In this document: piece by piece, positions 63,035 to 64,000 of the stretch
Layout: each line of letters opens with the position of its first letter
How positions within the stretch are numbered: position 1 is the stretch's first letter
Assembly: GCA_965645245.1 (NCBI GenBank)
Contig: OZ287071.1
Coordinates: 992,001-1,056,000, forward strand
Direction: 5' to 3'
Origin: Massalongia carnosa
Lineage: Eukaryota
Length of the DNA stretch: 64,000 bases
Notes under the pieces: model-generated
The model's input: the letters and a program-made list of their open reading frames with translations, nothing else
What the model was told of the DNA's origin: nothing
The model's database searches: none
Made by a program: the position numbers and the translations under genes

Positions 63035-64000
63035 CTATTTAGAGGGCATCACGAAAATCGGCACGTCACTTAAATCAACCCCATATCCACGGCTCACACC
63101 TAAGCTCTTCCTGCTGGCACCAGTCTTCATGTTCCTCGTTCCGGCGCTCCCCCCAAGTCCGAGTCCGGGCTCGTATCCGTACGAAAGTCCACCTGCATAG
63201 CGATCGGTAAGGTGTTCCAAGGCTACTGTTGTTGCGCCGGCATGTTTTCTTGGCGTGCTGAAAGAATGGGAAGAAGTTGGTGGGCTGGTCGAGGATGATG
63301 AGTTTTGCGGTTGTGATAACGGCTGAATGGGTGGTGTTGCATTTTGCGGCGATCCAGCCGATCCCCGAATGTTGGCAGAGCTAGGATTGAAGTAGGGTGT
63401 GTACCCGCTAGGTTCCCAGTCCAGATAAGGTAAGCGGGATGGAAAGGGCGTTCCAGAAGCGCCTACAGTCTGAGATCTCAAAAGAAGCGCATCGCCTGCG
63501 GACTTTCGCCGTTGGTTCCATGCTCGTCGCAAAGATTCCCAATCCCTCAAGGGATTAGCGGCGCGCTCTTGCTCCTCTAGAACTGCAACTCTTGTTGATA
63601 CATCAGGTTTCGGACTTCCAGCCAGTTTCTTGATCTGAAGCGGTGGTGGTAGAGCGCTCGATTTTACCGAGTTCGACGACAAGATCTTAGTTTCCCGTTG
63701 TACAACTTCTTGGTTTGTGGGCATGGCTAGCACAGGCGGTGCATCCGCAAACATGCTTTGAGGTCGATTGGGCTTTCCAGGAAACCCAAAACTATTGTAA
63801 AAAATAGCTTGGACCGGCTCGGATGATTTAGACAAACTTTGGCCCTTTTTGTCGATTTGATCCTGTGTAGGTAAGGCTGGAACAGGTGGTACGTCAACGA
63901 ACATACTATGAGGTCGCATCGGTTTGCCAGAAGCTCCACCACGGTCATCAAAGTTCATGGTAGATTGCGTAAATAACCTCGAAAAGCTTTTACTCTTATG
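63035..64000 (-). CDS. 3' part of a conserved fungal low-complexity (Pro/Ser-rich) hypothetical protein; 5' end probably outside the window
   Basis: 307-aa frame ending DRYAGGLSYGYEPGLGLGGSAGTR...SRKS...S..YGVDLSDVPIF, a C-terminal motif I recall from Pezizomycotina hypothetical proteins; it has two RP.SMF.D.PPV.A.P repeats. Confidence 0.75.
   Translation of the reverse strand, partial: HKSKSFSRLFTQSTMNFDDRGGASGKPMRPHSMFVDVPPVPALPTQDQIDKKGQSLSKSSEPVQAIFYNSFGFPGKPNRPQSMFADAPPVLAMPTNQEVVQRETKILSSNSVKSSALPPPLQIKKLAGSPKPDVSTRVAVLEEQERAANPLRDWESLRRAWNQRRKSAGDALLLRSQTVGASGTPFPSRLPYLDWEPSGYTPYFNPSSANIRGSAGSPQNATPPIQPLSQPQNSSSSTSPPTSSHSFSTPRKHAGATTVALEHLTDRYAGGLSYGYEPGLGLGGSAGTRNMKTGASRKSLGVSRGYGVDLSDVPIFVMPSK

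Overview
Eukaryotic DNA from a filamentous ascomycete (Pezizomycotina). Evidence: short 48-135 nt spliceosomal introns with CTRAC/CTAAY branch sites, and fungal-specific families (Zn2Cys6, Ppc89/Cep57, Iks1, Bem3-type GAP, MARVEL). A lichen-forming Lecanoromycete is my guess only. From about 17.5 kb to the end the window is an ordinary gene-dense core block: DPH2, a Cys-rich F-box-like protein, PPC89-like, TFB3, BUD27, an MFS transporter, glucose-6-phosphate 1-epimerase, RIF1, RIC8, a small secreted protein, IKS1, a MARVEL protein, a BEM3-like RhoGAP, an HSP20 and a partial conserved hypothetical gene. The first 17 kb looks accessory: a dual C2HC/Zn2Cys6 transcription factor, about 9.5 kb with only decayed-looking frames, an intronless 464-aa unknown protein and a 2.8-kb non-coding gap. 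I found no rRNA, tRNA, CRISPR array or intact transposon, and no clear novel multi-gene system. Best leads: (1) a spliced secreted protein that reads as a hydrophobin-type scaffold lacking the C3-C4 cysteine pair; (2) an MFS gene with a 1-nt frameshift and a probable TGG>TAG stop; (3) a TACTC(C/T)GTA motif enriched in intergenic DNA; (4) a stopless in-frame GC-AG intron in BUD27; (5) the decayed 3.4-12.9 kb tract. All gene models and family calls were made by eye without database searches.
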